NCBI RefSeq assembly: GCF_009914755.1
Contig: NC_060937.1
Direction: 5' to 3' (one strand)
DNA length: 64,000 nucleotides
From: the human T2T-CHM13v2.0 reference genome, Homo sapiens
Shown here: in pieces, positions 15,968-28,689 of the stretch
How positions within the stretch are numbered: position 1 is the stretch's first letter
Layout: each line of letters opens with the position of its first letter
Translations under genes and position numbers: made by a program
Notes under the pieces: generated by a model
Seen by the model: the letters and a program-made list of their open reading frames with translations, nothing else
Database searches by the model: none
What the model was told of the DNA's origin: nothing

Positions 15968-16406
15968 TGTTAAAGTGAACTAAATATGGCCTGAGAAGGA
16001 CTGTGTACTTCTATATTTGAGTCCTTGTGGACAAACCTAACCTAGCTTAATAGGAAGACAAGATTGAAAACCTAACTTAGGAGTATGCAGCCTGTAACAA
16101 TAGCTGAGTGTTGGCCAATTCCAGCAGCCATGCTTCAGCCACTCATAGACTGCTGAGTGTTCAAACTGTGTTCAAATAAGGCAAATGCCAACCTGTAACC
16201 AATCCAGCTATCTCTGTACCTCACTTCCAATCCTTGTACATCGCTTTCCTTTTTTTGTCTATATTTTTTTCTGACCACGAGGCACCCCTGGAGTCTTTCT
16301 GAATCTGCTGTGATTCTGGGGGCTGCCCGATTCACGAACGGTTAATTCTTCTTTTCGCTCAATTAAATTCCATCAAATTTAATTTGTCTGAAGTTTTCTT
16401 TTAACA
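15968..16406 (+). mobile_element. MER57-family ERV1 solo LTR inserted in an L1MB 3' end (~15905-16590)
   Basis: TGTTAAAGTGAACTAAATATGGCC...TTTTAACA with 4-bp TSD GTAC (15964-15967, 16407-16410). Confidence 0.85.
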
Positions 16407-18047
16407 GTACAGAGTTCTATTTGGGATGATGAAAAAGCTCTGGAAACATGGTGGTAACGGTTGTAGAATATTGTAAACGTGCTGAATGCCACTCAATTGT
16501 ACACTTTAAAAAGGTTCAGATGGCAAATTTTATGTTATGTTTCTCTTACACGAAAAAAAGAAAAAAAGAAATGAAAAGGAAAAGGAAAAAGAAAAAACTC
16601 TCTCCTAACATGTTTCACTTCCACGTCGGCTGAGGCCTGTTCATATTTTATTCCCAAAGTGCCCCTTTATCATTGAAAATATCCCTTGAGAGCCCTCCCT
16701 GACCACAGACTCAGTGCTCGCTTCTACAGAGAAAATTACAATTACGCCAGAGTGTGTTGAAACTAACTTGTCACTGGGCTCAGGAAAGACCATGTTATTC
16801 ATGGGAGCCAAGAACCCTTATCTTAGACTTCCAGAGATTTCTTACAGGGAGGTCAAGTCACTTATTGGTGGTTCAAGTAGAAAAAAATATAGTGGGCTTT
16901 TTGAGATTAATATTTCCTGGTGGCATTTTTAGTGTTCATTGGAAAGGAACAAGTTCTAGTCGGGTAAGCTGACAGACATAAAAAGGGAAGGAGCTGCCGC
17001 ACCTAGAGGAGGATTTGTTTTCTCCTGGGACTGTGTATAGATAAGCACACACCCAGAAGCCTGGGCAAACCCAGAGAGCAGCAGGGGGATTACCTGCTGA
17101 CAAGTACAGCAAGGGTGAGCAGATTGCCCTGTGATAAAAGCCGCTCAATTGCATCATCTCTCCAGCAAGGGGAAACCAGCTCTAAGGCAGCCATCTAGTT
17201 GCAAGGTGAGTTCACTGTAATTGCATGTTGTGAGTAGCGGTTGCTTAAAAACAATGAATTTATACCCATTACTCCCAGCGTCAACTTCAGAATGATTTTC
17301 ATCACGCCTGCTTTTGTGCAGCTAAGCTGCAAAATGTGCGCTGCGACAGACTGAAGCAGATAAAGAACAAATTTGCATGTTACTGGGTTGCAAGAGCCCT
17401 TTGATTGTTGGAGAGGCCCGATAATGCTGTCAAGAGCTCGGTGGACTGAGCGGCGGCCGAGACGCACCAGATCTGCACTAAGTGTAGCTGACAGCAAACG
17501 ATTTAGAGTCAGCACGGAATCAAAGCGTTGGAAATATCTCAAGTAAAAATGTTAAAAACACAAAGAAGCCTGCATCTTGATAAGAGGACATCAGTGAGGA
17601 GAGATATGCACAGAAAGAAAGAAAATGACCTTGAGTTTATAAAAATGCTACACGTCTCGGAATTGTAAAATGCCTAAAATGAAAAGAAAATGGGCAGCTC
17701 AAATCAGACTTCAAGCTAGGAAAGCCTGAAAGTTGTGTGCTTGCCACAGTTGAAGAAGAGAAAAAGAAGCAATAGCTAACTGCACGGATTATTATAGAGA
17801 TTACGCTTCTGTTTTCGAGACCAGTCATTTGCTCGTACAAATGAGCCTAATGACTTAAAGCACCAAGACATACATGTCTCTGCTGTGCACACCTCCTTGA
17901 CATGAAATGCAAGACTCAAAATACAAAAATAATTTTAGGAAGGAAAAACTGATTAGTGGCAATGATCAAGACAAATCTTGCTATTTGAAAAAACAAATAA
18001 AAATACTGGAAATGAAACCTTAAGTAGTATTATTAAATAATAATATC

Positions 18048-18365
18048 AGGGTGGGGCACGGTGGCTCACGCCTATATTTCCAGCACTTCGGGAGGTCCAG
18101 GCAAGTGGATCACCTGAGGTCGAGAGCTGGAGACCAGCCTGGCCAACATGGCAAAACCCCATCTCTACTTAAAGTACAAAAATTAGCATGGCATGGTGGT
18201 GTGCACCTGTAGTCCCAGCTACTCAGGAGGCTGAGGCTGGAGAATCGCTCGAACTCAGGAGGTGGAGCCTGCAGTGAGTCAAGATCTCGCCGCTGCACTC
18301 CAGCCTGGGCAACAGAGTGAGACTCCATCTCAAAAAATAATAATAATAATTTAAAATAATAATAC
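18048..18365 (+). mobile_element. AluS with (AAT)n tail
   Basis: Alu consensus. Confidence 0.95.
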
Positions 18366-20371
18366 ATTTGCCGCATTGGAAAATAGGTCTTCAGCAAAGT
18401 ATGCTATATAGTGTATCAGTAGGGAGTAAGCTAATGGTTCTTCTCCAGGAAAGACTGCATCTTCTGTCAGCATTTGATGTGATTCAAATCAGACTCTTCA
18501 GTTTCTTCACTTATGTTTTTCCCTTTCCTTTCTCTCCATAAAAACAATGACTATCACCAGGTCTGTAATCTTCTTCCAGAGAGAACCACCAGAAAAGAAG
18601 AGCAGGTAGACATAGCTGGAAAATCGAAGCCCCGATTTTCTGACAAACAAAACTAGCCAGAATAAGCAAATAAATTACATGTGCACGTGTTTCTCTTTAG
18701 TCTTTACCTGTGTATTTCCCTAGAGGGGAAAGGTTTATAAAAACTAGAAAGAGGCCATGTTTTCTTTATCACTTGAGTTTATCAATCACCTAACATAAAG
18801 CCACCATGGGCTCCCAGTTTTGAAAAGCGAATTTTCCACACTAAAGGACATCTTCAGACACTGCTCAACCCACACCTGAGTTCAAATATTTATATATAGT
18901 TTTAATACATTGATCCAACATTTGTTTTAAAAAACGTTCCCCAAATTTTTCTTGTTGATGACGGTTTTTAATAGAAAAAATAAGTTTCCCCAGTTTCCAG
19001 CTGCAATGTGATCATATAAATAATATTTAACTAAATTATATTCTGTGTGTGTTTGCCAAGCCTAAAAGCATTTTTGCCCAGTGGCCTGAAATGTTCCTCT
19101 AAACTTTTCTGGCTTACTGGTAAACATTTAACATTTCAAAATACATTAAACGGGGAATCGTGAGAGCCTATGTAGGAAACTGTTTCTTTCTAAATATTGT
19201 GCTTTGTCTGTTCTGATTTCTGAATTCATGGCAAATCTTCCAGCCTTTTTTTCCACTCGGGGTAGACCATCAACCATGGTAGAGGAAAATAGCTTTAAGA
19301 ACTTTACTACATTGTGCAATTTTCTAATAAAACACAAGAGGGCAGGTTTTGCTTTATTGTAAGCCTAATTCCACTCCCCTGGTAATCAAGATCAGTCACT
19401 GGGCTAATTGCAAATTCAGAAACCCTCAATAACATACAAAGTGAAGGAGTAATCAGGGTGCATAACTCTGGCAGTGAAATCTGTTGTTTTAATAAAGAAG
19501 GCCAAGCTCAAGCATCTCTACTTAGCATTATTTACAACCAGTACAATTATACTTGGGAGGCGCTGTGATAGTTTTAGTTTGTTCATAAAATGCCAAAAGA
19601 GCAGAAAATGGCTAACAGAATGACCAAATCCAGTCATATTAGATTTAAGAAGTCTGACTAAAGTTGATGGGGCAAATAACAAAAGTGGGCCAATGGTTTC
19701 CATCAAACATGCAGCTGTGGAGAAAATTATACAGAGCATGCAAGTATTGAATAGGAACCTTTTAACTTTGTTTTGTTTTAGAAAACTTTAACTTCTAGTT
19801 CACAATACTCTTGTGTATGGTTTTCAAGATTTCATTTAATGACCTGCCAAAGCAGAATTAAGTTCATAAGGGTTTTTTTCAGCTTGAACTGCTGTTACGG
19901 CTAAAGTCAAAGTATTGTCATCTTTGGAGAGTTTCTAAAGCAATTGCTGCTTGAGTCCATCAGTGTGAGAGAGGCATTGGTTTGCCTGACTAAATAATTT
20001 GCCCACTAACTCCTTCCACTGAAACAAAGCTTTTAGGATATCAGACAGTGGAGGATCCTAAAATGGCATGTGTGAGGACTTAGAGGAGAGATGGGTAGAA
20101 ATCTTAACTTCCTATCCTAGTCCCTAAAAATGGTAGAATTAAGGCCTACCAATAGTAGAAAGAAGATACATCTAGAAAGAAAATACACCTGAAGAGTATC
20201 TCCTTGTGTTAGGTTGCATAGAGTATGATTCTACCTAGCATACGTGCAATTCAAAATCTGAAGGATAGGTTGTATGGTAACTTCATGGCAGAGATGGATC
20301 TTATGTTTTATCCAGTACATCTTAAAACAGATGTCAGAAGCTCTGAATGAAACATTCTACTTTGAAATTAG

Positions 20372-20377
20372 TTTATT
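20372..20377 (-). terminator. Distal poly(A) signal AATAAA (3' UTR of ~3.1 kb)
   Basis: TTTATT on the + strand; distance fits my recollection of a long DCT 3' UTR; other AATAAA at 21249-21254 and 20867-20872. Confidence 0.55.
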
Positions 20378-20586
20378 CATTCACTTATTCATTCAAAGAA
20401 TATTTATAAAGTACTCAGGATAAGTAAGGCACTATAGAAATAGGAAGAGCTTCAACCTTAGAGTCTCCAACAAATTGACCCATCTTGAAGGCTTATCTGG
20501 GAGATCACCAAGTTAGCTACTGCAGGACCTCTCTTCCCTGGTCAGTCACTTGAAGCAGCCACCTGCTTCCACCCCAGGATTAGTCA

Positions 20587-20648
20587 CTAAACTGTGGGGA
20601 TATCAAAAGTAACTTCACCTGAGGAAAGGCTGGCTCTCCTTTTCCTAC
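20587..20648 (-). CDS. DCT: Candidate alternative terminal exon of DCT (GRKRRASLSSGEVTFDIPTV*)
   Basis: Acceptor-like TCTGTTTGAACAG|G at 20648 and CTTTCCTCAG|G at 20618, both in exon-7 phase, about 270 nt upstream of the distal AATAAA; inference only. Confidence 0.45.
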
Positions 20649-23214
20649 CTGTTCAAACAGATTCAGAAAATAGCAATTGTTTGGAAACTCACCAGAAAAT
20701 AGCATATCAGTTTAAGAGATTATTTTTCAGACTGAGGTTGTTATTATATATTTTACATGTATATATATTTCAATATACATGCTGAGTGCCCAAAAGATGG
20801 GAATTGATGCACACTACTTAAAAAACAATAATCCTCAAAAGACAAACAATAATCTGCAAAACAACATTTATTTTTAGTTTCCTTTTTAGTAAGTTTTCTA
20901 CTTCTTAATAATGAGATTAAAACTAGTCATTAAAAGTATTATAATTAACAATGTTAAATCCTAAGCAAGATACAAATGTCAATTTTAGAATTAGAAGGGA
21001 ATTTAATGCACAAAGGAAAGATGTTATTGCATTTTATCCCATTTCTGAATGTTAGCTTTATAAAAAGCATTTCTATTAAAATCATACATGCAGTTTTTCT
21101 AATACTGAAGATATAAGCAGTAAAGTGATCTGGTCATTTTCTCCAAGGTTGAATTCTTCCCCCTATCATTGAGAAATATAGCCCACAGTATTTGGTGACA
21201 TTTTCTGAGTTTATTTGCATGATATTCAATGTAAGTAAATACCAACTTTTTATTCTGTTGGTTTATCCTACCTTAATATTTGTTAAAATGCATTCATAAT
21301 TGATTTATTGTAAGGTCAGAAAATGCTAGAAAATTGTATTTCTCTTATATGAACTACAAAATTAGGAAATTCTCTCAGGAAGACATTATAAAACATAATA
21401 GTTATAAAAAGTCACCCACACTACAGATAAAAGCAGCTAAGTATAATCGATTACTATTTTTTCCTACCTAAGATAGATCTGCTTTAACCAAGTCTTATGA
21501 GACTATGATATATGAGAATTCTGATATACCTGACAGATAAGCTAGAGGTGGTTATTTGCTTTATGAAATTATTCGTAATAGTTCACTTATAAAAAGTAAC
21601 TTCTGGCGCTTTTAACATAATTGATTTATACATAACTTTTCAGAAATATATGTACCATGCACAATTATATCTCCATTTTAATAAATTTCTCTTTTTGTTT
21701 AAAACCAAGATTTAAAAATGTGTTCCCCAACTATCCTGAGCTCAGAGCATAAACCTTCCAGAGTGGAGCATGTGAAAGACACAGTGCTGTATTTTCCATG
21801 AATATTGTTAATGGCAGGAACTGAGAGGTATCCATGTGGCTGAGGCTAAAAAGCCCAAGCAGGGCTTTACCGGGCTATCTTGATCTTCACCACTGAGCCT
21901 GCTCTCAGATGCACCTGTAGCTTTATGAGATTCAAATTCAGTTCCAACTGGGCTTTGTCCATTTCTCTGGCTTTAGCAGTCCTATTGCATGGGGTAAACT
22001 GGTTCTTGATGAGTCTTGCACCCTCTAGGACCCCTTATGTTGAAGGCAGCTCCAGGGACCTCTTAACACCCATTCTTTACATTCATTCATTCCAGTAGAG
22101 AGGGGCCTCGACAGACAAGCCACGCCCTAGAACTTCAGTCTCACTCCTGATGCACAGAAACCAGATATGAGCAGATGAAATTTGCCTGGAAATCTCAAGA
22201 GCCATTAACTTCTCTGAAGTGGGGTCCATCATGATAAGTCTGAACATCGTAGTAAAGATTGTCTCATTCTTATTCCTCATGATCTGATGATTGCATAGCA
22301 GAATATAACCACTTAATTCTGAATTGTCATGTTTTGTACAGATGGTTTGCTTTCAAATGATAAGACTTAATTGATCAGCATTCATAAGTAACTGTGAGTA
22401 TTCGGCAACATTAATCAATCTAACATCAATGCTTAAAAATAAGCCCAGTGCATTATGTGGGAATAATTTTTCATCTGAGGCTACCTAGTAAAGAAATTGG
22501 TAGAGGATCAGCCAAAGAGACCTCAGAGTAATGGGACTCAAGTCAAATTGTCTCATGTTCAGGTTTACAGCCTCACCAGCCTTCAGTCAGCCTTCCTTGG
22601 AAAGAGTAATTCTGTATTTGTTAATAGGTTTACAGTAGTATATCAACTAACCAGGAAACTCTATAATTTTATTATCTTCTCTATTTATCACTATAGAATC
22701 AATGTGTATCCAGCTATTGAATCCTGTAATATAGGTCTACTGTTTAAAACTGCAGATTTTAAGTAAAATCCGTAAAATCTAGTTTACACAATAGAGTGGA
22801 ATTGATCCTTCATTTAGTCATTTTCCATCCTGTAAAGAAAACAAGGCTTATTCTCATCTTCTAAGCTGGAGAGGAAAAATATAGAGAAAAGAAGAAAAAG
22901 AAGCCCAAGGAAGATAATCAGGAGGGTGCCTAGAAGCAGAGATGTTTATAGCTAAAAGGGATCTTGGAGACTCATCTAGCACCTACCAACTCCCACCTCC
23001 ATGGCATTACCAATAAAGACACTGGGGCTAGGAAAGATTGATGTATGGTCTTGGCCAGGTCTCACATTGCACTGACCTGCAAATTTAAATGACTCCCCTG
23101 GATCAATGTTTTGGGATTTTTTTTGTTTTTTTTAAATGCTTTCAGAAAAGGAGGAGGCTTAATCAATATTGGGGGGGGGGTTATTATTAGATATCACAAA
23201 TTGTCAGGTCTATC

Positions 23215-23385
23215 TTTATTTGAAGGTAGAGGTAGCCTCAAGCACTTTAGTTGGGTTTGTTAAACAAGCAAGCAAAGCGGAAACTACAGCTAAGCATCTT
23301 CTGAATGAGATCATCATCACTATAGAAGAACCTATGTCAAAGATCTTCAACTCAAGAAGGAACAGTGAGGATTAGTTCCTTTATT
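23215..23385 (-). terminator. Proximal poly(A) signals AATAAA (23380-23385 and 23215-23220)
   Basis: TTTATT on the + strand about 60 and 225 nt after the stop codon. Confidence 0.65.
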
Positions 23386-23442
23386 GTCAGCGTCAGAACT
23401 GTGGCTTGGCCAGCCTCTTCTCTTAGGTAAGGCATGAGCACC

Positions 23443-23621
23443 CTAGGCTTCTTCTGTGTATCTCTTGCTGCTTAAATGTGTCTCCATTAGGGGTGTATAT
23501 CCTTTTCGAAGTCTTCTATATTGAAGAAAAGCCAACAGCACAAAAAGACCAACCAAAGCCACCAGTGTTCCCATGACTACTAAGAGAGTTGTGGGCCAAC
23601 CTGGAGTTTCTTCAACTGAAA
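23443..23621 (-). CDS. DCT: DCT exon 8 coding part (transmembrane helix, GYTPL sorting motif, stop)
   Basis: Acceptor CTTTAG|T; translates VSVEETPGWPTTLLVVMGTLVALVGLFVLLAFLQYRRLRKGYTPLMETHLSSKRYTEEA*; TAG ends at 23443; total CDS 1560 nt. Confidence 0.98.
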
Positions 23622-24214
23622 CTAAAGCAGAAGAGAAGGGTCTACAATCAGGATTTTCATCAGCTGAATACTTTCAGAAGAGAAAAAGAGCAAGCGCACT
23701 TGCCTTTCACGTGCTTTTTGTTGATAAAGCAAAACTACTCATGCTAGACTAAAATTTATCTTCTCCTTTCTCACCATTTATCATATCCACAATTGTTTTT
23801 CTTGGGGTAGTCAGAACTGGCATCCCATTACTTAAATACAGCTTATTGCATTTTAAAAATTTGTTACAATAAATGCTTATGCCGAAGAAACCTTCTAAGG
23901 AAGAATGTAACTACTTTTCTGAGTTAGAAACTCATTTGTGAAAGTGCATGCTAAAATGGCATCTGGGGAGCTGCAAAATATACAGCCCTTGGGAAGAGAA
24001 ATTCTGCTATTGTCTCTACCTTTTTTATAGAATGATAAACCTGTGAGAGGGATCAGACTGGCTATTACACCAGGAGACACTCAATAACCAAGCAGATGAT
24101 ATTTATACCCATTCAAATAGTTGTGAATAAAATGTAAATCTCCCACATGATAAATCCAATCTTCTACTCTCATATATTTTATAAGCACTCTTCCACAAAA
24201 TTAGTGGATTTCAT

Positions 24215-24569
<355 letters not shown>

Positions 24570-24869
24570 TAAAAATTATATTCTCCTTGGCCAACTGTTC
24601 TTAAATTCAGCTCCTCTGAATTTGTTCTATACCTTACACTCACCTAATATAAGATTCTCTTTCTAGTCCTTTTTCTGCAATCCCATGGGAGGTCCTGACC
24701 TGTCCTGATGGGATTCCTCCAAGAGGGTTTTGATCTGTCTCCTCCTGATTCAACCCAGCAGCACCTATTGCCAACTTCATCTTCTTAAAACACATATATT
24801 TTTATTCTGCCATTTCTTTGTTCAAGACCAAAAAATGGTTGCCTTTTGCTTTTGTCCAAATCCTCTTAG

Positions 24870-25620
24870 TTTTTTAAAAAATTATGTTTTAGAAATTGTT
24901 GTAACATATATGTAACATAAATTTGACCACCTTGACCATTTTTAAATAGGCAGTGCAGTGGCATTAAGTACATTCACATTGTTGTGCGACCATCGCCACC
25001 ATCCATTCTCAGAACCTTTATATCTTGCAAAACTGATACATTGTGCCCACCAAACAGTAACTCCCTATTCTCCCCTCCCAACCCCTGGTAACCAGGGGTC
25101 TCTATGAATTTGACTATCTCATAGTCTAAGTGGAGTCATGCAGTATTTGTTCTTATGTCTGGCTTATTAAACTTAGCTTAGTGTCCTCAAAGTTCATCCA
25201 TGTTGTGGCATGTATCAGAATCTCCTTCCTTTTTGAGGCTGAATAATATTCCACTGTATGTATGTACCACATTTTGTTTATTCATTCATCCACTAACAGA
25301 CACTTGGTTTGCATCTACCTTTTGGCTATTGTAAGTAATGCTGCTATGAACATGGGTGTGCAAATATCTCTGCTGGACCTTGCTTTCAGTTCTTTTAGGT
25401 ATACCAGAAGTATAATTGCTGGGTCATATGGTAATTATTTGTTCCATTTTTTTGAGGAATCCCCATACTGTTTTCCATAGTGGCTGCACCATTTTACATT
25501 CCCACCAGCAATGCACAAGGATTCCAATTTCTCTACACCCTCAGCAACACTTACTATTTTCTATTTTTTTTTGATAGCAGTCATCCCAATGGGTATGAGG
25601 TGGTATCTTATTGGGGTTTC
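24870..25620 (-). mobile_element. L1MB-type fragment
   Basis: Antisense L1 ORF2 end/3' UTR (CATTTTACATTCCCACCAGCAATGCACAAGG). Confidence 0.85.
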
Positions 25621-25844
25621 TGCCTGGCATCTAAGGCCCTCTGTACCTAGGCTCTTTCATAAATTTGAACTTAATTTGAGGTAATTCTCTGCCCAAGCGT
25701 CCCACTACAGCCAGGCTTGAAAGACTCAGGTCAAAGAGAGAGAGACTGAGCTCTGAAATCATCTTGATTGCTTTCTAGGCTGAGACTTTGGGTAAATAGG
25801 CTGTGTGATTTTTCACCTTCTTGATTAAGATTTTTTAAATTGTT

Positions 25845-26070
25845 TTGTTTTTGTTTTTTTGGGTTTTTTTGAAACAGGGTCTCACTCTGTTGCCCAGACT
25901 GGAGTGCAGTGGCACAAACAGGGCTCACTGTAGCCTCTACATCCTGGGCTCAAGCGATTCTTCCACCTCAGCCTCCCGAGTGGCTGAGACTACAGGCATG
26001 CACCACTATGCCCAGCTAATATTATTTGAATTTTAGCAGAGATAGGTCTCAGTATGTTGCCAGGCTCCTA
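25845..26070 (-). mobile_element. AluJ-type, partial
   Basis: Antisense Alu consensus. Confidence 0.85.
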
Positions 26071-26981
26071 ACATTCTTTAAATGGTGTGTGGAGCCATAT
26101 TGGGGCCTGGGCCAAAAAGAAAAACATGTGCCCTGTATATACTTGTCAAAATATCCTCCCATATGTTGAACCAAGTGGGAAAAGTTAATAAGAAATCTAC
26201 AATCTTAAAACATGACTTTAAAAACAGTAACTAATGCAACATACACATAGAGTCCCACGTAGCCCAATCTGTTGGTAGACCAATCAATGTCAGCCTTCAT
26301 GAACCTATCCATCGCAGGTGGTATAGGCTAAATGGGAAATGACTGATTCAGTTATAAGACGATGTGGGTGTGAAAAACAAACAAAAGTCTGCCTTTATTT
26401 AAAATTTTGATGATGTATTATTCATGGTTAATTTTTTGCATTAATTTTGACTTTCCAAAATTTTGTATTATATTATTACTTACCTTGATTACTGAGTTTT
26501 CTGGCCTCCTCTTGAATTTTGTGCTCAAGGCAAATGTTGTACTTTCCTCACCCTAATCCCAGCCCTGCCCTCAAGGAATAATCTCTAAATCCAGCTAGTC
26601 CCTGTACAGTGTGGCTAGTTCACTTTTATTTCATTGGTTAGAAATTTCAAAGAACCATAGGGAGGTTTTTTATTAATCCAATTAACTCAGAGAGAATTGT
26701 CAAGTCAGGTGTAAAAGCAGATAGTTCATTTAATAAGATCTATTTAAAACTTTCAGTTTTCTAAAACAAGAGTCAGCTCATTAGTCCCTTTCTGATGTTT
26801 AATTGGTAGTTTAAAGGCTCGTTTTGCTAAATACGTATATGCTAGAAAAATGGTCAATAAACTTAACTAGACCTGAAAGCTTCGGCTAAAGGTCTTGGTT
26901 TACATTATAAAGAAAGAAAGCAAGAAAGCTAGCTTCTTTAGAAGATGAATGAATCACCCATTTGGAAGTTGTGTTAGTTAC

Positions 26982-27183
26982 CTGGCAGATCGATGGCATA
27001 GCTGTAGCCAAGTTGGTCTGAGGTTAAAAAGAGTTCTTCATTAGTCACTGGAGGGAAGAAAGGAACCATGTTGTACATCCGATTGTGACCAATAGGGGCC
27101 AGCTCCTGAGGCCAGGCATCTGCAGGAGGATTAAATCTTTTCATCCACTCATCAAAGATGGCATCAGTAAAGGAATGAAGAAC
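26982..27183 (-). CDS. DCT: DCT exon 7 ([13 protein letters not shown]...YAIDLP; His396)
   Basis: Within ORF 26974..27207; acceptor TTGCAG|G, donor CAG|GTAACT; 202 nt. Confidence 0.99.
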
Positions 27184-27335
27184 CTGCAAAACAGTTGGAC
27201 ACAGCATTTAACATAAATCAGTCTGTTCCGATCACACCAACCTGACTGTTGCTTTCTCTAAAGTGGAATAACTTCTTCTTGACATAGGAACTTCTGTATA
27301 CCCACGTGTGGAATACCCCCTTCTGTGTACCACCA

Positions 27336-27406
27336 TGAGGAAGCCCAAATCAACTCATATAGAGTGACTATGATGGCGAGGATCAAGATTTCGGGAAGAA
27401 AAACAG
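27336..27406 (+). repeat. 71-bp copy of 28950-29020
   Basis: Direct alignment, 67/71 identical, no gaps. Confidence 0.95.
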
Positions 27407-27640
27407 TTAAGTTTTCAACGATGTATGAATCTCTCTCTCCAAGCAGGACTATAAACCCCTTTGTCAAGTGAGCAAATGAAAGTTCATGTTGGATTTAACA
27501 TTGGTTGCAGATTGAACATTTGAGGCCTTCAACATATATGTGTTAATTATGAAATTCAGAAAAAGGCAAGTATGATAAGATACATGTTCTAGTATTGAGA
27601 TGATTTGGTTTAACAGGAGAGAAAGAAAAAGTTGTGTTTA

Positions 27641-27867
27641 CAGGTTGAGTATCTGAAATCTGAAAATTTAAAACCTAAAATCCCCCTAAACCTGAAACTT
27701 TTTGAGTGCCAACATGACACTTGAAGGAAATGCTCATTGGAGCATTTTTGAATTTTTTGGATTTGGGATTCTCAACTGGTATAATGCAAGTATTCCAAAA
27801 TCTGAAAAAATTCAAAATCCCAAACACTTCTGGTCCCAAGCATTTCAGATAAGTGATACTCAATCTG
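27641..27867 (-). mobile_element. Tigger4a/MER46A MITE
   Basis: TA-CAGGTTGAGTATC...GATACTCAATCTG-TA terminal inverted repeats. Confidence 0.85.
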
Positions 27868-28468
27868 TATCAATATTATAATATAAAGGAACAGTAAATT
27901 TTTCTCACCAGGAATACTCTTCTGTCTACTCATTTCATAAACTCTCACTTGAATTCTTGCTGTTATGCCAGCAAAAGAAAGTCTAAAAAGGTAATGTACA
28001 AAGTGCTCATTTATGTTTTCTCAAGGAAGCCATTAAAGTCCTTTTAAAATATAGCAATTACTATATGTTTTGAAATATTAACAGCAAAATTTCCACATTG
28101 ATAGCCCTGATTTTGTAACATGATACAAGTTTGAGAGTTCAGTCCCACCTTGATGGCAGTTGTTGGAGTTCCTTGTTCCTTCCTGGATGGTAAGTTCAAG
28201 GAGCTCAGGGGCAGTGTCCTTTTTTCATTCCCCCTGGATCCCCAGAGCTTGTCACCCCAGGGTGTCTCATATGGAGAAAGGGAGGTACTTATTTCAGTAA
28301 ATACTTATTCAGTGTATTCATTCCTCCATTCACCACTGTACCCTGTACCTCATTTATAGCACTGATCAAATGATACTATAACTTGTTATTTATGTATCTA
28401 TGTCCCCTAACAAGATCCTAACTCCTTAAGGTCTAAGATAAGGACTTTTCACCTTTGAAGTCTCAGGT

Positions 28469-28624
28469 TTAGTATACAACCTGGACGGAGCCAATGTTTA
28501 CTAACTATGTGTTTGCTGATGACAGTGTCATGCAGACACTTTGCATACAGTGCAAAGCTTAGCATACAACCTGGACAGAGTCAATATTTACTAAGTATGT
28601 GTTGGCTGATGACAGTGTCATGCA
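28469..28624 (+). repeat. Tandem duplication, 66-bp unit, 90-bp period
   Basis: 28469-28534 vs 28559-28624, 6 mismatches. Confidence 0.9.
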
Positions 28625-28689
28625 TCTTTATTTACATAAACAGTTTGTGCAAATAAACAGTGTCTAGGGATATACAAAAATATATTTTC

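Noticed and set aside
17195-17542. 115-aa minus-strand ORF over the CpG-retaining block
   Set aside because: Non-ATG start and no recognisable domain; a regulatory role is the simpler reading
21933-21956. Minus-strand KAQLELNL resembling a CR1/L3 ORF2 motif within the 3' UTR
   Set aside because: Only 8 residues and the flanks do not extend the match; cannot be supported without a search
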